Source: Thermoplasmatota archaeon
Lineage (GTDB): Archaea > Thermoplasmatota > Thermoplasmata > UBA10834
NCBI GenBank assembly: GCA_040751795.1
Contig: JBFMHR010000005.1
Coordinates: 64,001-128,000, forward strand
DNA length: 64,000 nt
Direction: 5' to 3'
Of the stretch, positions 1 to 9,474 are shown piece after piece (the stretch's first letter is position 1; every line of letters starts with the position of its first letter). The notes beneath the pieces were generated by a model that was not told where the DNA came from, ran no database searches, and worked only from the letters and a program-made list of their open reading frames with translations. The translations under genes and the position numbers were made by a program.

Positions 1-2
1 AC

Positions 3-239
3 CTGTCGAGCAGGAAGTTCATCTCGGCCGACGGCGGGTTCCTGAGGATCGTGTGGATGCCGAAGGACCTCAAGGAGGCCATGAGGGAGGAGCTCACGAA
101 GAGGGCGACCGAGGTCGGGGCCCCGGACTTCGTCGACAAGATCGCCGACGAGACCGTGGCCAGGACGCCGGAGGAGCTCTCGAGCTGGATGGTGGAGGTC
201 AACCACCCGGCTATGAGCATGGAGCCTATGATCAAGTGA
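3..239 (+). CDS. acsB: Acetyl-CoA synthase (ACS/CODH beta), C-terminal fragment; 5' end outside the window
   Basis: Frame is open from base 3 and reads LSSRKFISADGGFLRIVWMPK...KIADET...HPAMSMEPMIK*, matching the C-terminus of bacterial AcsB. Directly upstream of acsD/acsC. Confidence 0.93.
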   Translation: MSSRKFISADGGFLRIVWMPKDLKEAMREELTKRATEVGAPDFVDKIADETVARTPEELSSWMVEVNHPAMSMEPMIK

Positions 240-254
240 CGAGAGAGTGGGGAT

Positions 255-1205
255 ATGGGTTTCGACGGAGCGAAGGAGTCCTTCCCGGGAAGGATCAAGG
301 AGGTCGCTGTGGGCGCGGCCGCGGAGCAGGGCGGCACGAGGGGGAAGAGGGTCGTGGTAGGGGGCTCTAACGGCCTGCCGTTCCACAGGTGGGAGGGCGA
401 GGCCCCCAACGGGCCCGCCGTCGCGATGGACGTCGTCGACACGGAGCGCATGGTCCCGGACGTCCTGCGCGGGACCCTCGGCGCCCTGTCCAAGGAGCCG
501 GTCGAGTGGGCCAAGGCCTGCGAGAAGTGGGGCGCCGACATGCTGGTGCTTAAGCTGGCGTCCGCCAACCCCGAGGAGGAGAACAGGCCCGTGGAGCAGT
601 GCGAGGCCCTCGTCAAGGAGGTCCTGAAGTCGGTGAGGCTCCCGCTGCTCGTCTACGGCTGCGGCTCGGAGGAGAAGGACGCGAAGCTCATGGAGGCCGT
701 CTCCAACTCGGGCAGGGGGGAGAGGCTCTTCCTCGGCCTCGCGGAGGAGAAGGCCTACAAGTCCCTCGCCGCCGCGGCGATGGCCAACGGCCACGGAGTG
801 GTCGCGTTCTCCAACCTGGACATCAACCTCGCGAAGCAGATCAACATCCTCCTGATGGACTTCGGGATGAAGCCCGAGAACATCCTGATGGACCCGCTCA
901 TGGCCCCGCTGGGCATGGGCCTGGAGTACTCCTACTCCGTCATAGAGAGGCTGAGGACCGGGGCCCTGGTCGGGGACCCGGTGCTGCAGGTGCCCATCAT
1001 ATGCGACTGCTCGTGCGCGTGGACCGTGCCCGAGGTCCTGGAGGAGGCCCCGCAGAAGGGCCCGCAGCTCCCGAGGGGGGTCCACTGGGAGTCCATCACG
1101 GCGGAGGCGGCCCTCGTGGCCGGCGCGGACGTGGTCATACTGAGGCACCCCGACACGGTCGCCAGGGTCAAGGCAGCCGTCGCGGAGCTGAGGGGGGGTG
1201 CCTGA
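255..1205 (+). CDS. acsD: Corrinoid iron-sulfur protein small subunit (AcsD/CdhD)
   Basis: DINLAKQINILL, I.MDP...LGMGLEYSYSVIERLRTGAL.GD..LQ.P and WESITA motifs; position in the acs cluster. Confidence 0.95.
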   Translation: MGFDGAKESFPGRIKEVAVGAAAEQGGTRGKRVVVGGSNGLPFHRWEGEAPNGPAVAMDVVDTERMVPDVLRGTLGALSKEPVEWAKACEKWGADMLVLKLASANPEEENRPVEQCEALVKEVLKSVRLPLLVYGCGSEEKDAKLMEAVSNSGRGERLFLGLAEEKAYKSLAAAAMANGHGVVAFSNLDINLAKQINILLMDFGMKPENILMDPLMAPLGMGLEYSYSVIERLRTGALVGDPVLQVPIICDCSCAWTVPEVLEEAPQKGPQLPRGVHWESITAEAALVAGADVVILRHPDTVARVKAAVAELRGGA

Positions 1206-1206
1206 G

Positions 1207-2532
1207 GTGCCGACCGCGATGGAGATATACAAGCTCCTCCCGAAGAAGAACTGCGGGGAGTGCAAGTTCCCGACCTGCCTCGCGTTCGCGATGCAGCTGG
1301 CCAACCAGAAGGCCGCCCTCGAGGCGTGCCCGTACGTGAGCCCCGAGGCGAAGGCCGCGCTCGAGGAGAGCGGCGCGCCCCCGATCAGGCTCGTCTCCTT
1401 CGGCTCCGGCGAGAGGGCCGTCAGGACGGGCGACGAGACCCAGCTCTTCAGGCACGACAAGACCTTCTACCACGCGACCGTCCTCGGCCTGGTGGTCGAC
1501 TGCTCGCAGGGGCTCGACAAGGTGAGGGCGGCGCTGGACGGGGTGAAGGCGCTGGAGTTCGAGCGGGTCGGCCAGATGGTCAGGGTCGACGCTGTGGCGC
1601 TGAGGCAGTCCGGCGCCTCGCCCGAGGCGTTCGCGGAGGCGGCGGAGGCCGCGTGCGCGCAGCCGCTGCCCGTGGTCCTCATGTCCGATGACCCGAAGGC
1701 GATGGAGGCCGCCGCCGGGAGGTGCAAGACAAGGCCGCTCCTCCACAGGGCGACCCCGGCCAACCTGGACGCGATGGCCGCGGTGGCGAAGGCCTCCGGC
1801 TGCCCGCTGGTCGTCGGTGGCGCAGCCAGCCTCGACGAGCTGGGCCAGCTCGCCGACAGGGCCAAGAAGGCGGGGGTGCAGGACCTGGTCCTCGAGCCCG
1901 CCTCCGGGACGGCCCAGGAGATGCTCGCCTCGATGACCACCGTCAGGCGCGCCGCCGTCAGGAAGAAGCACAGGCCCCTCGGCTACCCGACGATCGCGGT
2001 CCTCGGGAGGGCGCAGCCAGACCAGCTGAAGGCCGCTGTGGGCGTGATGAAGTACTCGTCGATAGTGCTCATGGAGGAGCTGCCCAGGGAGTTCGTCTAC
2101 CCGCTCATGGCGCTCAGGCAGAACATATTCACGGACCCGCAGGTGCCCATACAGGTGAAGGCGGGCCTGTACACCGTGGGCGAGCCGAACGAGAGGTCGC
2201 CGGTGATGTTCACCACGAACTTCTCCCTCACCTACTTCACCGTCCGCGCGGACATAGAGAAGAGCAAGATACCCGCGTGGCTCCTGGTGGTCGACACGGA
2301 GGGGCAGTCGGTCATGACCGCCTTCGCGGCGGGGAAGCTGACGCCCGAGTCGGTGGCCAAGGCCATCGAGGCGGAGAAGGTCAAGGAGAAGAGCAAGAGG
2401 GGCGAGATCGTCATCCCTGGGATGGTGAGCAGGATGAGCGGGAAGCTCAACGAGCTCACCGAGATGAAGGTCGTCGTGGGCTCGAGGGAGTCGTCCGGCA
2501 TCCCGAAGATGATGAGGTCGCTGTCGCAGTGA
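1207..2532 (+). CDS. acsC: Corrinoid iron-sulfur protein large subunit (AcsC/CdhE)
   Basis: IYKLLPKKNCGECKFPTCLAFA...CP 4Fe-4S motif; LRQNIFTDPQ.P, TTNFSLTYFTV, SVMTAFAAGK. GTG at 1207 follows GGGGGTG; the ORF track starts it at 1198. Confidence 0.96.
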   Translation: MPTAMEIYKLLPKKNCGECKFPTCLAFAMQLANQKAALEACPYVSPEAKAALEESGAPPIRLVSFGSGERAVRTGDETQLFRHDKTFYHATVLGLVVDCSQGLDKVRAALDGVKALEFERVGQMVRVDAVALRQSGASPEAFAEAAEAACAQPLPVVLMSDDPKAMEAAAGRCKTRPLLHRATPANLDAMAAVAKASGCPLVVGGAASLDELGQLADRAKKAGVQDLVLEPASGTAQEMLASMTTVRRAAVRKKHRPLGYPTIAVLGRAQPDQLKAAVGVMKYSSIVLMEELPREFVYPLMALRQNIFTDPQVPIQVKAGLYTVGEPNERSPVMFTTNFSLTYFTVRADIEKSKIPAWLLVVDTEGQSVMTAFAAGKLTPESVAKAIEAEKVKEKSKRGEIVIPGMVSRMSGKLNELTEMKVVVGSRESSGIPKMMRSLSQ

Positions 2533-3285
2533 TCAGGCGACGCGCCGGACGGAGTCCACCGCCCTCCCCACGTCTGCGAACGCCGGGTCGGTGACAGGAA
2601 GCTCCATAAGCGACTCCGAGCGCTCCGAGTCGGACCTCACCCTGGCCGACCTCCTGACCGCGTGGACCGAGTCGAACCCCTCGGCGGGCCCGGGGTCCGT
2701 CCCTCCGGACGGGTCCGCCATGTTCATCACGAGCGCCTTGTTCCCGACGACGAAGCCCATCTCGTCCGCGAGGGCCGAGATCCTCGCCGCGGCGTCCATG
2801 GACGCCTTCGAGCCGTCCGTCACTATGAACAGCGCGTCCGTCGCCCTCGTGGTCCTCCGGCTCAGGTGCTCCATTCCCGCCTCGTTGTCTATGACGACGT
2901 AGGCGTACTTCGCCGAGAGGGAGTCGACCACGTTCCTGAGGAGGTTGTTGACGAAGCAGTAGCACCCTGGCCCCTCCTGTCTGCCCATGGTGATGAGGTC
3001 GAAGCCCCTGCCCTCCCTGAGCGCCAGCCTGACCTGGTAGTCCAGGTGCTCCGGCTTTGACATCCCCGCGGCCTTCTCCTCGCCGAGGGAGAACATCTCC
3101 TCGCGGATGCTGCCCAGGGTACGGCCGGGCTCGGTGCCCAGCTTCGCCCCGAGGTTCGAGTTCGGGTCGGCGTCGACCGCGAGGACCACCTCCCCCGTCC
3201 TCCCCGCCAGGTGCCTCACGGCGAGCGCGGCGAAGGTGCTCTTGCCGACGCCGCCCTTCCCCGCGACGGCGATGGTGAAGGTCAT
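2533..3285 (-). CDS. cooC: CooC/AcsF-type nickel-insertion ATPase (MinD-like)
   Basis: IAVAGKGGVGKST Walker A, VDADP, GPGCYC CxC motif, IDNEAGMEHLSR. ATG at 3285 overlaps the acsV stop (ATGA). Confidence 0.93.
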   Translation of the reverse strand: MTFTIAVAGKGGVGKSTFAALAVRHLAGRTGEVVLAVDADPNSNLGAKLGTEPGRTLGSIREEMFSLGEEKAAGMSKPEHLDYQVRLALREGRGFDLITMGRQEGPGCYCFVNNLLRNVVDSLSAKYAYVVIDNEAGMEHLSRRTTRATDALFIVTDGSKASMDAAARISALADEMGFVVGNKALVMNMADPSGGTDPGPAEGFDSVHAVRRSARVRSDSERSESLMELPVTDPAFADVGRAVDSVRRVA

Positions 3286-5186
3286 CTGGCACCCCCGTGG
3301 GGCCCGTGCGCCTCGGCCGTCGGGAACCTGCCGGTGTCGGTGTGCGGGATGAAGAGGGACGAGGAGTACTCCTCGTAGAACTCGTTGTCCACGCTCAGCT
3401 CGAGGTAGGTCATCTTGCGGACGACCGAGCGCATCTCCCTCCTCGAGCGCTCCGAGAGCAGCGCGAGCCTGGCCCCGGCGAGGGAGCCGTTGCCTATGAA
3501 CCTGTACTTCCTCCTGTCCACGTCGGGGAACATGCCGAGGGAGACGGCCCTCTCGATGTCCAGGTGGTACCCGAACCCCCCGGCTATGATTATCCCCTCG
3601 AGGTCCTCGGGGCGGTGGTCCGTCTTGCGCAGGAGGACCGAGCACGCGCCGTAGATGGCCGCCTTTGTGTGCAGGATGTTCTCCAGGTCGGCGTCGGTGA
3701 TCACGAGGTCCGAGGCCGAGCCAGGCACGAGGTTGTCGCGCGTCTCCACGACGTACTCCATGCCCTCCTCCGCGCTCCTCACCCTCGGGCCCCCGAGGTC
3801 CTGTATCCTCGCCTTGCGGTCGATGACCCCGTGCGAGTACATCTCCGCGAGGAGGTCAATCAGCCCCGAACCGCATATCCCGGAGGGCCTCCCGCCCCCG
3901 ATCACGTGGTAGGATGTGGAGAGGTCGTCGTTCAGCCTCAGCCTGTCCATCGCGCCGTCCATGGCGCACATCCCCGCCGAGACCTCGCCCCCCTCGAAGG
4001 CGGGGCCGGCCGAGCACGAGCAGGTGACCATCCAGTCCTTCCCTCCCAGGACCATCTCGCCGTTCGTCCCGACGTCTATCAGCAGCTGGGGCCCCTTGGC
4101 CCTGTGCATGCCGCTCGCGAGCACGTCCGCGACCACGTCCCCGCCGACGTACCCCGCGCGGCACGGGAACATGAGCGCTGCCCCGGCCGGGTTCATCAGG
4201 AGCCCGGCCTCCCTGCCGGTGACGGTGGGGAAGTCGTGCGCCACGGGCACGTACGGTTCCAGCCTCACGTGGTCCGTGCTGACTCCCAGGAACAGCTGGG
4301 TCATGACGGTGTTGCCCGCGAGGGAGGCGGCTGACACGTCCATCTCCGTCAGCCTCCTCCCCTCGGTGCTCGCCTTCCTGAGGAGCGTGTCGACGCACGC
4401 GTTGATCGTGTCCCTCGCGAGCCGTGTGAGCTCGCCCATCCCGTGCTCCTCGGCGTGCATCATGCGGGCGATGACGTCCTCGCCCAGCTCGACCTGCCTG
4501 TTGTAGTCCGAGGCGGTCCCCAGGACCTCCCCAGTGCGCAGGTCCAGCAGGCTCACCACTATGGTGGTCGTGCCGATGTCCACAGCGATGCCGAGCAGTC
4601 TCCCCTGGGTGTCCCCGGGTTCGACCCTGACGAGCGTGGAAGCCCCGCCCATCGTCGATATGGTGGCGGTGACCTTCCAGCCGCCTGCCCTGACGGTCCC
4701 CGGCAGCCCCCTCAGCGTCTCCAGCGGGACCTCGTAGCCCTTCCAGCCAATGCCCTTCAGCACCCGCTCCAGGTCCGCGGTGTTGTCCGAGAGGGTGGGC
4801 GGGCTGAGCACCGCGTACCTCTTCCTCGTCCACGGGCTCGTCCTCCTTGGAGGCCTCTCGACCGACTCGGTCACGATCTGGTGCCTCCCCAGGAGCGACC
4901 TGGGGAGCAGCTCGACCTCGACGTCGCCGTCGACGAAGGTCCTGCACGCCAGCAGGATGCCCGCGCGCCTCTCCTCCTCGGACAGGGCGGTCGACTCCTC
5001 AGAGCGGTGCGGCCCCGAGACGCGGACCTTGCACCTCCCGCACTTCCCCTCGCCGTCGCAGACGGCGTCCACGTGCAGCCCGGCGGCCCTAGCGGCCTCC
5101 AGCACGGTCGTGCCGGGCTCCACCACTGCGGACCTGCCGTCCGGCCTGAAAGCTACCCTAGCCTTTCCCCGTTCCTCCATGGGCAT
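3282..5186 (-). CDS. acsV: Reductive activator of the corrinoid Fe-S protein (RACo/AcsV; 2Fe-2S plus ASKHA ATPase)
   Basis: N-terminal CDGEGKCGRC...LAC ferredoxin; DIGTTT, DVGTNGE, SAGPAFEG, GICGSG, AGGFG and GNGSL motifs. Confidence 0.93.
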   Translation of the reverse strand: MPMEERGKARVAFRPDGRSAVVEPGTTVLEAARAAGLHVDAVCDGEGKCGRCKVRVSGPHRSEESTALSEEERRAGILLACRTFVDGDVEVELLPRSLLGRHQIVTESVERPPRRTSPWTRKRYAVLSPPTLSDNTADLERVLKGIGWKGYEVPLETLRGLPGTVRAGGWKVTATISTMGGASTLVRVEPGDTQGRLLGIAVDIGTTTIVVSLLDLRTGEVLGTASDYNRQVELGEDVIARMMHAEEHGMGELTRLARDTINACVDTLLRKASTEGRRLTEMDVSAASLAGNTVMTQLFLGVSTDHVRLEPYVPVAHDFPTVTGREAGLLMNPAGAALMFPCRAGYVGGDVVADVLASGMHRAKGPQLLIDVGTNGEMVLGGKDWMVTCSCSAGPAFEGGEVSAGMCAMDGAMDRLRLNDDLSTSYHVIGGGRPSGICGSGLIDLLAEMYSHGVIDRKARIQDLGGPRVRSAEEGMEYVVETRDNLVPGSASDLVITDADLENILHTKAAIYGACSVLLRKTDHRPEDLEGIIIAGGFGYHLDIERAVSLGMFPDVDRRKYRFIGNGSLAGARLALLSERSRREMRSVVRKMTYLELSVDNEFYEEYSSSLFIPHTDTGRFPTAEAHGPHGGAR

Positions 5187-5314
5187 CTGGCCTGGCGGGG
5201 GGATGAACCGCGTGCGCGGGTATTAACCTTGGCTCCGCCGCGGCGTGACAACCGGTGCCGTGCGAACATTTGATATGCGCATACGCTCTACTCTCCCGCA
5301 GTGGGGGTTGAGCC

Positions 5315-6091
5315 TTGATAATCGTCGGAGAGAGGATCAACGGACAGTTCCCTCAGGTGTCTAAGGCCATCGACGCCAGGGACGCGAAGTTCATACAGGA
5401 CATGGCTACGCAGCAGATCGACGCGGGGGCGGACATCCTCGACGTGAACACGGGGCCCGGGAGGGACGACGGCCCCGAGGCGATGGCGTGGCTGGTGCGC
5501 ACGATCCAGGACGCCCACGACGTGCGCCTAGCGATAGACTCCCCCGGCCTCAAGACGCAGGAGGCCGGCCTGAGCGCCTGCAAGAGGACGCCCCTCATCA
5601 ACTCCACGACGGCGGAGGAGAAGAGGATGGAGAAGTTCTTCCCAATGGCCGTCCAGCACGACGCGGAGATGGTCTGCCTCACGATCAACGAGAAGGGCAT
5701 CCCCAACTCTGTCGAGGGCAGGACCGAGGTGGCGATGGTGCTCCTCGCTACGGCAATGGACAAGGGGCTCGACCCGGGGAAGATCTACCTGGACCCGGTG
5801 GTGCTGCCGATAGGCGCGGCCCAGGACCAGTGCCCGGTCGTGTGCGAGGCCGTGTCGGCCTTCAGGTGCCTCAACACGCCGCCACCGAAGACGCTCGTCG
5901 GCCTGAGCAATGTGTCCAGCGGCGCCGAGGAGAGGAGCCTCCTCAACAGCACCTACCTCACGATGCTCCTCGGTCGCGGGCTGGACGCCGCCATAGTCGA
6001 CCCGCTCGACGAGCAGCTCATGAGGTCCGTCAAGGCCTCGGACATCCTGCTCAACAAGAAGCTCTACGCGCACTCCTTCCTGCGCGCCTGA
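5315..6091 (+). CDS. acsE: Methyltetrahydrofolate:corrinoid Fe-S protein methyltransferase (pterin-binding DHPS-like barrel)
   Basis: IIVGERING, GADILDVN, AIDS, LINS, IYLDP, GLSNVS, GLDAAIVDP. TTG start after GGGGTTGA; acs context. Confidence 0.9.
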   Translation: MIIVGERINGQFPQVSKAIDARDAKFIQDMATQQIDAGADILDVNTGPGRDDGPEAMAWLVRTIQDAHDVRLAIDSPGLKTQEAGLSACKRTPLINSTTAEEKRMEKFFPMAVQHDAEMVCLTINEKGIPNSVEGRTEVAMVLLATAMDKGLDPGKIYLDPVVLPIGAAQDQCPVVCEAVSAFRCLNTPPPKTLVGLSNVSSGAEERSLLNSTYLTMLLGRGLDAAIVDPLDEQLMRSVKASDILLNKKLYAHSFLRA

Positions 6092-6104
6092 GCGAGGGTG
6101 CGGC

Positions 6105-6722
6105 ATGCCTGAGCAGCTCGCCGGGGACAGGGAGGCGCTCAGGCTCGCCTGGGACGCCGCGTCCGCCAGGGACCTCGTCGCCCTCGCCGGGGAGTCGCTC
6201 TCGCGGCCCTCGGGCGAGGGCATGCTCCTGCTCAGGCTGATGGACCGCGAGTGCGCGGTCGACGTGCGGTCGAGAGACATCGCCTTCACCGACGACGGCT
6301 CTCCCCTGAAGCCCCACGTGCAGGTCCTGGTCCTCCACTACATGCTCGGAGCGGGGAGGGGGGAGCCGACCGGCGAGATGGTCACGTTCAGGGAGTTCCC
6401 CGGGGGCGCCCTCTACTTCCCGGCGTACAAGAAGCGCACCCTGGACCTCCTCGTCTCGAGGTTCGGGGCCGACCCGGGGGCGCTGAGGCGCGCCGGCGAG
6501 CGCATGGGCGCATCGCCCATGGACAAGGCGACCGTCGCCTTCCGCACCAGGTTCCTACCCAAGCTCGACGTGGACGTCCTCATGTGGGCCGGGGACGACG
6601 AGGTCCCGTCGTCTGCGAACATCCTCTTCGACTCGTGCGCGGGGAGGATGCTCTCGACGGAGGACGTGACGGTCGTCGCGGGGGTCCTCTGCTCCCGCTT
6701 GGCGGCCCTGTCGAGGGGCTGA
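6105..6722 (+). CDS. DUF3786-family protein
   Basis: LVLHY, TFREFPGGALY, W.GDDE.PSSANILFD, LSTED motifs; follows acsE by 13 bp. Confidence 0.85.
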   Translation: MPEQLAGDREALRLAWDAASARDLVALAGESLSRPSGEGMLLLRLMDRECAVDVRSRDIAFTDDGSPLKPHVQVLVLHYMLGAGRGEPTGEMVTFREFPGGALYFPAYKKRTLDLLVSRFGADPGALRRAGERMGASPMDKATVAFRTRFLPKLDVDVLMWAGDDEVPSSANILFDSCAGRMLSTEDVTVVAGVLCSRLAALSRG

Positions 6723-6834
6723 GCGGGGCCGTCCCCGAGGCGGAGGAGGGCGTACTGACTCCCTCCCTCATGGAGGCAAGTGTTATAGCGGGGCTGGGCA
6801 ATCAACGTCAGGTCTTAGCAAGGGGGGTCGGGGA

Positions 6835-8127
6835 ATGAGCCTGAAACACTGGAGACTCATGTTCTGCGCAGCGGTAGTGATCGCATTCGCGCTCCCGAGC
6901 GCGTCCGTCGCCGTGCCCGAGGCCGACGACGGGCCCGTCCTGACGGACGACGGCAAGGAGTGGACGCTCCTGATGTACTGGGACGCGGACAACAACCTCG
7001 AGTTCTGCACCGAGTTCGCCATGGACGCGTGGACGAGCGCGCTCACCGACGACTCGGAGGTCAACCTGGTGGCCTACGTCGACATCCTCTCGGAGAACGG
7101 GACCTGGGTGTACGACATCCACGACGGCACCTACGAGGCCGTCCAGGAGTGGGAGGAGCTGAACTCCTCCGACCCGGCGACCCTCGGGCGCTTCCTCGAC
7201 TACGGCCTCGAGAACTACCCCGCCGAGAAGACGCTGCTCGTGATCCAGGACCACGGCTACTCGTGGCGCGGCGTCTGCCTCGACGAGACGGACGGCGGCG
7301 GCATAATGCTCATCGACGGGATGGCCCAGGCGATCAGGGACGCCCGCGACGCCAACGGAGGCGTGGGGGTCGACGTCCTGGCCCTCGACGCCTGCAGCGT
7401 CGCGACGGTGGAGATCGCCTACGAGCTCAGGGACACGGTCGACTGGTTCGTGGCCTCGCAGCTCGTGGTACCGTACGACGGCCTCCCGTACCAGATGATG
7501 GTCGAGGCCCTCGTCGCGGAGCCGGACGTGTCGCCCTGCGACTTCTCGAGCGACATGGTCGACATGTACCTCGAGTACTACAGCTCGAAGACGCTATACG
7601 AGCACATCTACCCGTACGACCAGGACTTCATCGCCCTCTCGGCCTTCGACATGTCCATGATGGACGCGTTCGGCGAGGCCTTCATCGGGATGACCGAGGT
7701 GCTCGAGCCCCTGGTGGCCGACAACCGGGCCGCGGTCAAGGACGCCTGGGACTACGCCCTCATGGGCAACTGGGCCAACATAGGCGGCTGGGAGTACCTC
7801 CCCGACGCCTACTCGCTCTTCGGCTGCATGATGGGCATGGACCCTGCCCTGGACGGGGCGATCATCGCCTTCCAGGAGGCCTTCGACGCGGCCCTGCTGA
7901 ACGAGGGCAACAGCGACAGGTTCGGCGAGCTGCCGCACGGGCTCAACATACACTTCCCGCCGAGCCTCGCCCTGTACGACGGTGAGTCGTGGAAGTGGCT
8001 GATGAACTTCGTCTACCACGACATAGGGCTGGACCTCGTGGACTCGTCGCGGTGGGTGCAGTGCCTCATGGAGTACTACTTCTCCGCACCCGGCCTCCAG
8101 CAGTGCGTGAACCACGTCATAGGGTGA
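6835..8127 (+). CDS. Secreted clostripain-like (C11) cysteine peptidase
   Basis: Signal peptide; WTLLMYWDADNNL, YPAE..LLVIQDHG (His), LDACS (Cys), EIAYEL motifs. Confidence 0.88.
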   Translation: MSLKHWRLMFCAAVVIAFALPSASVAVPEADDGPVLTDDGKEWTLLMYWDADNNLEFCTEFAMDAWTSALTDDSEVNLVAYVDILSENGTWVYDIHDGTYEAVQEWEELNSSDPATLGRFLDYGLENYPAEKTLLVIQDHGYSWRGVCLDETDGGGIMLIDGMAQAIRDARDANGGVGVDVLALDACSVATVEIAYELRDTVDWFVASQLVVPYDGLPYQMMVEALVAEPDVSPCDFSSDMVDMYLEYYSSKTLYEHIYPYDQDFIALSAFDMSMMDAFGEAFIGMTEVLEPLVADNRAAVKDAWDYALMGNWANIGGWEYLPDAYSLFGCMMGMDPALDGAIIAFQEAFDAALLNEGNSDRFGELPHGLNIHFPPSLALYDGESWKWLMNFVYHDIGLDLVDSSRWVQCLMEYYFSAPGLQQCVNHVIG

Positions 8128-8164
8128 GGCCCGGGAAGAGTCCACAGGGCGGGGGACGAGGCCT

Positions 8165-8776
8165 CTACTGCGTGAAGGTCTCGCCCTTCTCGTACTTCTC
8201 CCTGAGGTGCTTCAGGACGATCTCCCTGTCGCGCCTGAGGTGGCTCTCGTACCAGACCTTCACGACGTCGGCGAGGACCTCGTGGTACTTCTTCTCGTCG
8301 AACTTGGTGACCGGCGTGTCGATCAGGATGTAGTTGCTGAATATCCTCTTCCAGCCCGCGTACTTGTAGTAGTGCTCCCCCTCGCAGAACTCGAAGGCGA
8401 GCCTGAAGTGGGTCTGGCTGTCGACGCTGTAGAACCACGCCTTGAGGGAGTCGCCCACGCGACCCTGGGTCCTGTCGGTGAGGGAGGCGTTGTCGACCCC
8501 GTCGAACCTGAAGTCGGTCTTCATGTCCCACTGCTCCGGGTAGACCACGAAGTGGGCGAAGGTCTGCGGGTCGGGCAGCATGGTGAAGTGGACGTTGATC
8601 TTGTTGAACCTGGTCCATATCCTGAAGAGGTCGCTCAGCAGGTTCCTGTTGATCTCGGTCTTCTGAGTGCTCTGCTCGACGAGGTTGTCGGTAATCTGGA
8701 GCGTCTTCTTCTCGAGTTCCTCGTCCAGCTGTGTGAACCAGTCGGCGTCCTTCTCATCGGCCTTGGCCATGCGCAT
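8165..8776 (-). CDS. Hypothetical protein with an N-terminal coiled-coil-like segment
   Basis: 203-aa ORF with native high-GC3 codon usage and an AT-rich TATA-like element upstream (~8800-8830); no family recognised. Confidence 0.8.
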   Translation of the reverse strand: MRMAKADEKDADWFTQLDEELEKKTLQITDNLVEQSTQKTEINRNLLSDLFRIWTRFNKINVHFTMLPDPQTFAHFVVYPEQWDMKTDFRFDGVDNASLTDRTQGRVGDSLKAWFYSVDSQTHFRLAFEFCEGEHYYKYAGWKRIFSNYILIDTPVTKFDEKKYHEVLADVVKVWYESHLRRDREIVLKHLREKYEKGETFTQ

Positions 8777-8922
8777 CCCCTTTCAATGGGCATTAGATTA
8801 CATGAATATAAGGCTTTGGTATTTATTCGAACCGACGATTATTTTTCTGGCTCCCCCCTTTTCGGCCCGCAGGGAGGGGGCCCCTCCGGAGGGCCCTCCA
8901 AGGCAACCTAGATGTACGGGAA

Positions 8923-9462
8923 ATGGCTACCGAGGGCGAGGATCAGATGGGGTTCTGGGACCAGCTGACGGAGTTGCTATCGCAGCACCAGGCGGACCCC
9001 CTCGTCTACCTGCTCATATTCTTCGCGTTCTGCGTCGTCGCGGCCATAGCCCTGCCGATACCGATCGAGGTGATGCTCGTCGTGAACCCGACGGTATCGT
9101 TCCCCCTCAAGGCGCTGGTCATGGGCCTGGGCAAGGGCGCCGGCGCGCTCGCGGTCTTCTACATAGGCGCCAAGGTGGGGGACGTCCTCAGGTTCTCGCA
9201 CTGGGGCTGGTTCAGGTGGATCCTCGCCAAGAGCGAGGTCTTCGTCAGGAGATTCGGCACCATCGCGCTGTACGTCATCATGTCCATACCGTTCATGCTC
9301 GACAGCGTCCCCCTGTACCTCTTCTCCATACTCAACAAGGAGGGGCACTTCATGACCCTCAGGGACTTCGTGTTCGCGAACTTCCTGGCCGGGATCAACA
9401 GGGCCATCTTGGTCTACATGCTGTTCTACGAGCTGGGTTTCGACGAATGGTTCACCCTGTAG
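8923..9462 (+). CDS. DedA/VTT-like membrane protein
   Basis: Hydrophobic helices; LPIPIE, GKGAGALAVFYIG and SIPFM.D pattern of DedA/SNARE-associated proteins. Alternative start at 8947. Confidence 0.7.
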   Translation: MATEGEDQMGFWDQLTELLSQHQADPLVYLLIFFAFCVVAAIALPIPIEVMLVVNPTVSFPLKALVMGLGKGAGALAVFYIGAKVGDVLRFSHWGWFRWILAKSEVFVRRFGTIALYVIMSIPFMLDSVPLYLFSILNKEGHFMTLRDFVFANFLAGINRAILVYMLFYELGFDEWFTL

Positions 9463-9474
9463 GGCTCCCCGACT

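Noticed and set aside
8872-8899. GC-rich palindromic run GGAGGGGGCCCCTCCGGAGGGCCCTCC in a divergent spacer
   Set aside because: Single occurrence in GC-rich DNA; no further support for an RNA or an operator.
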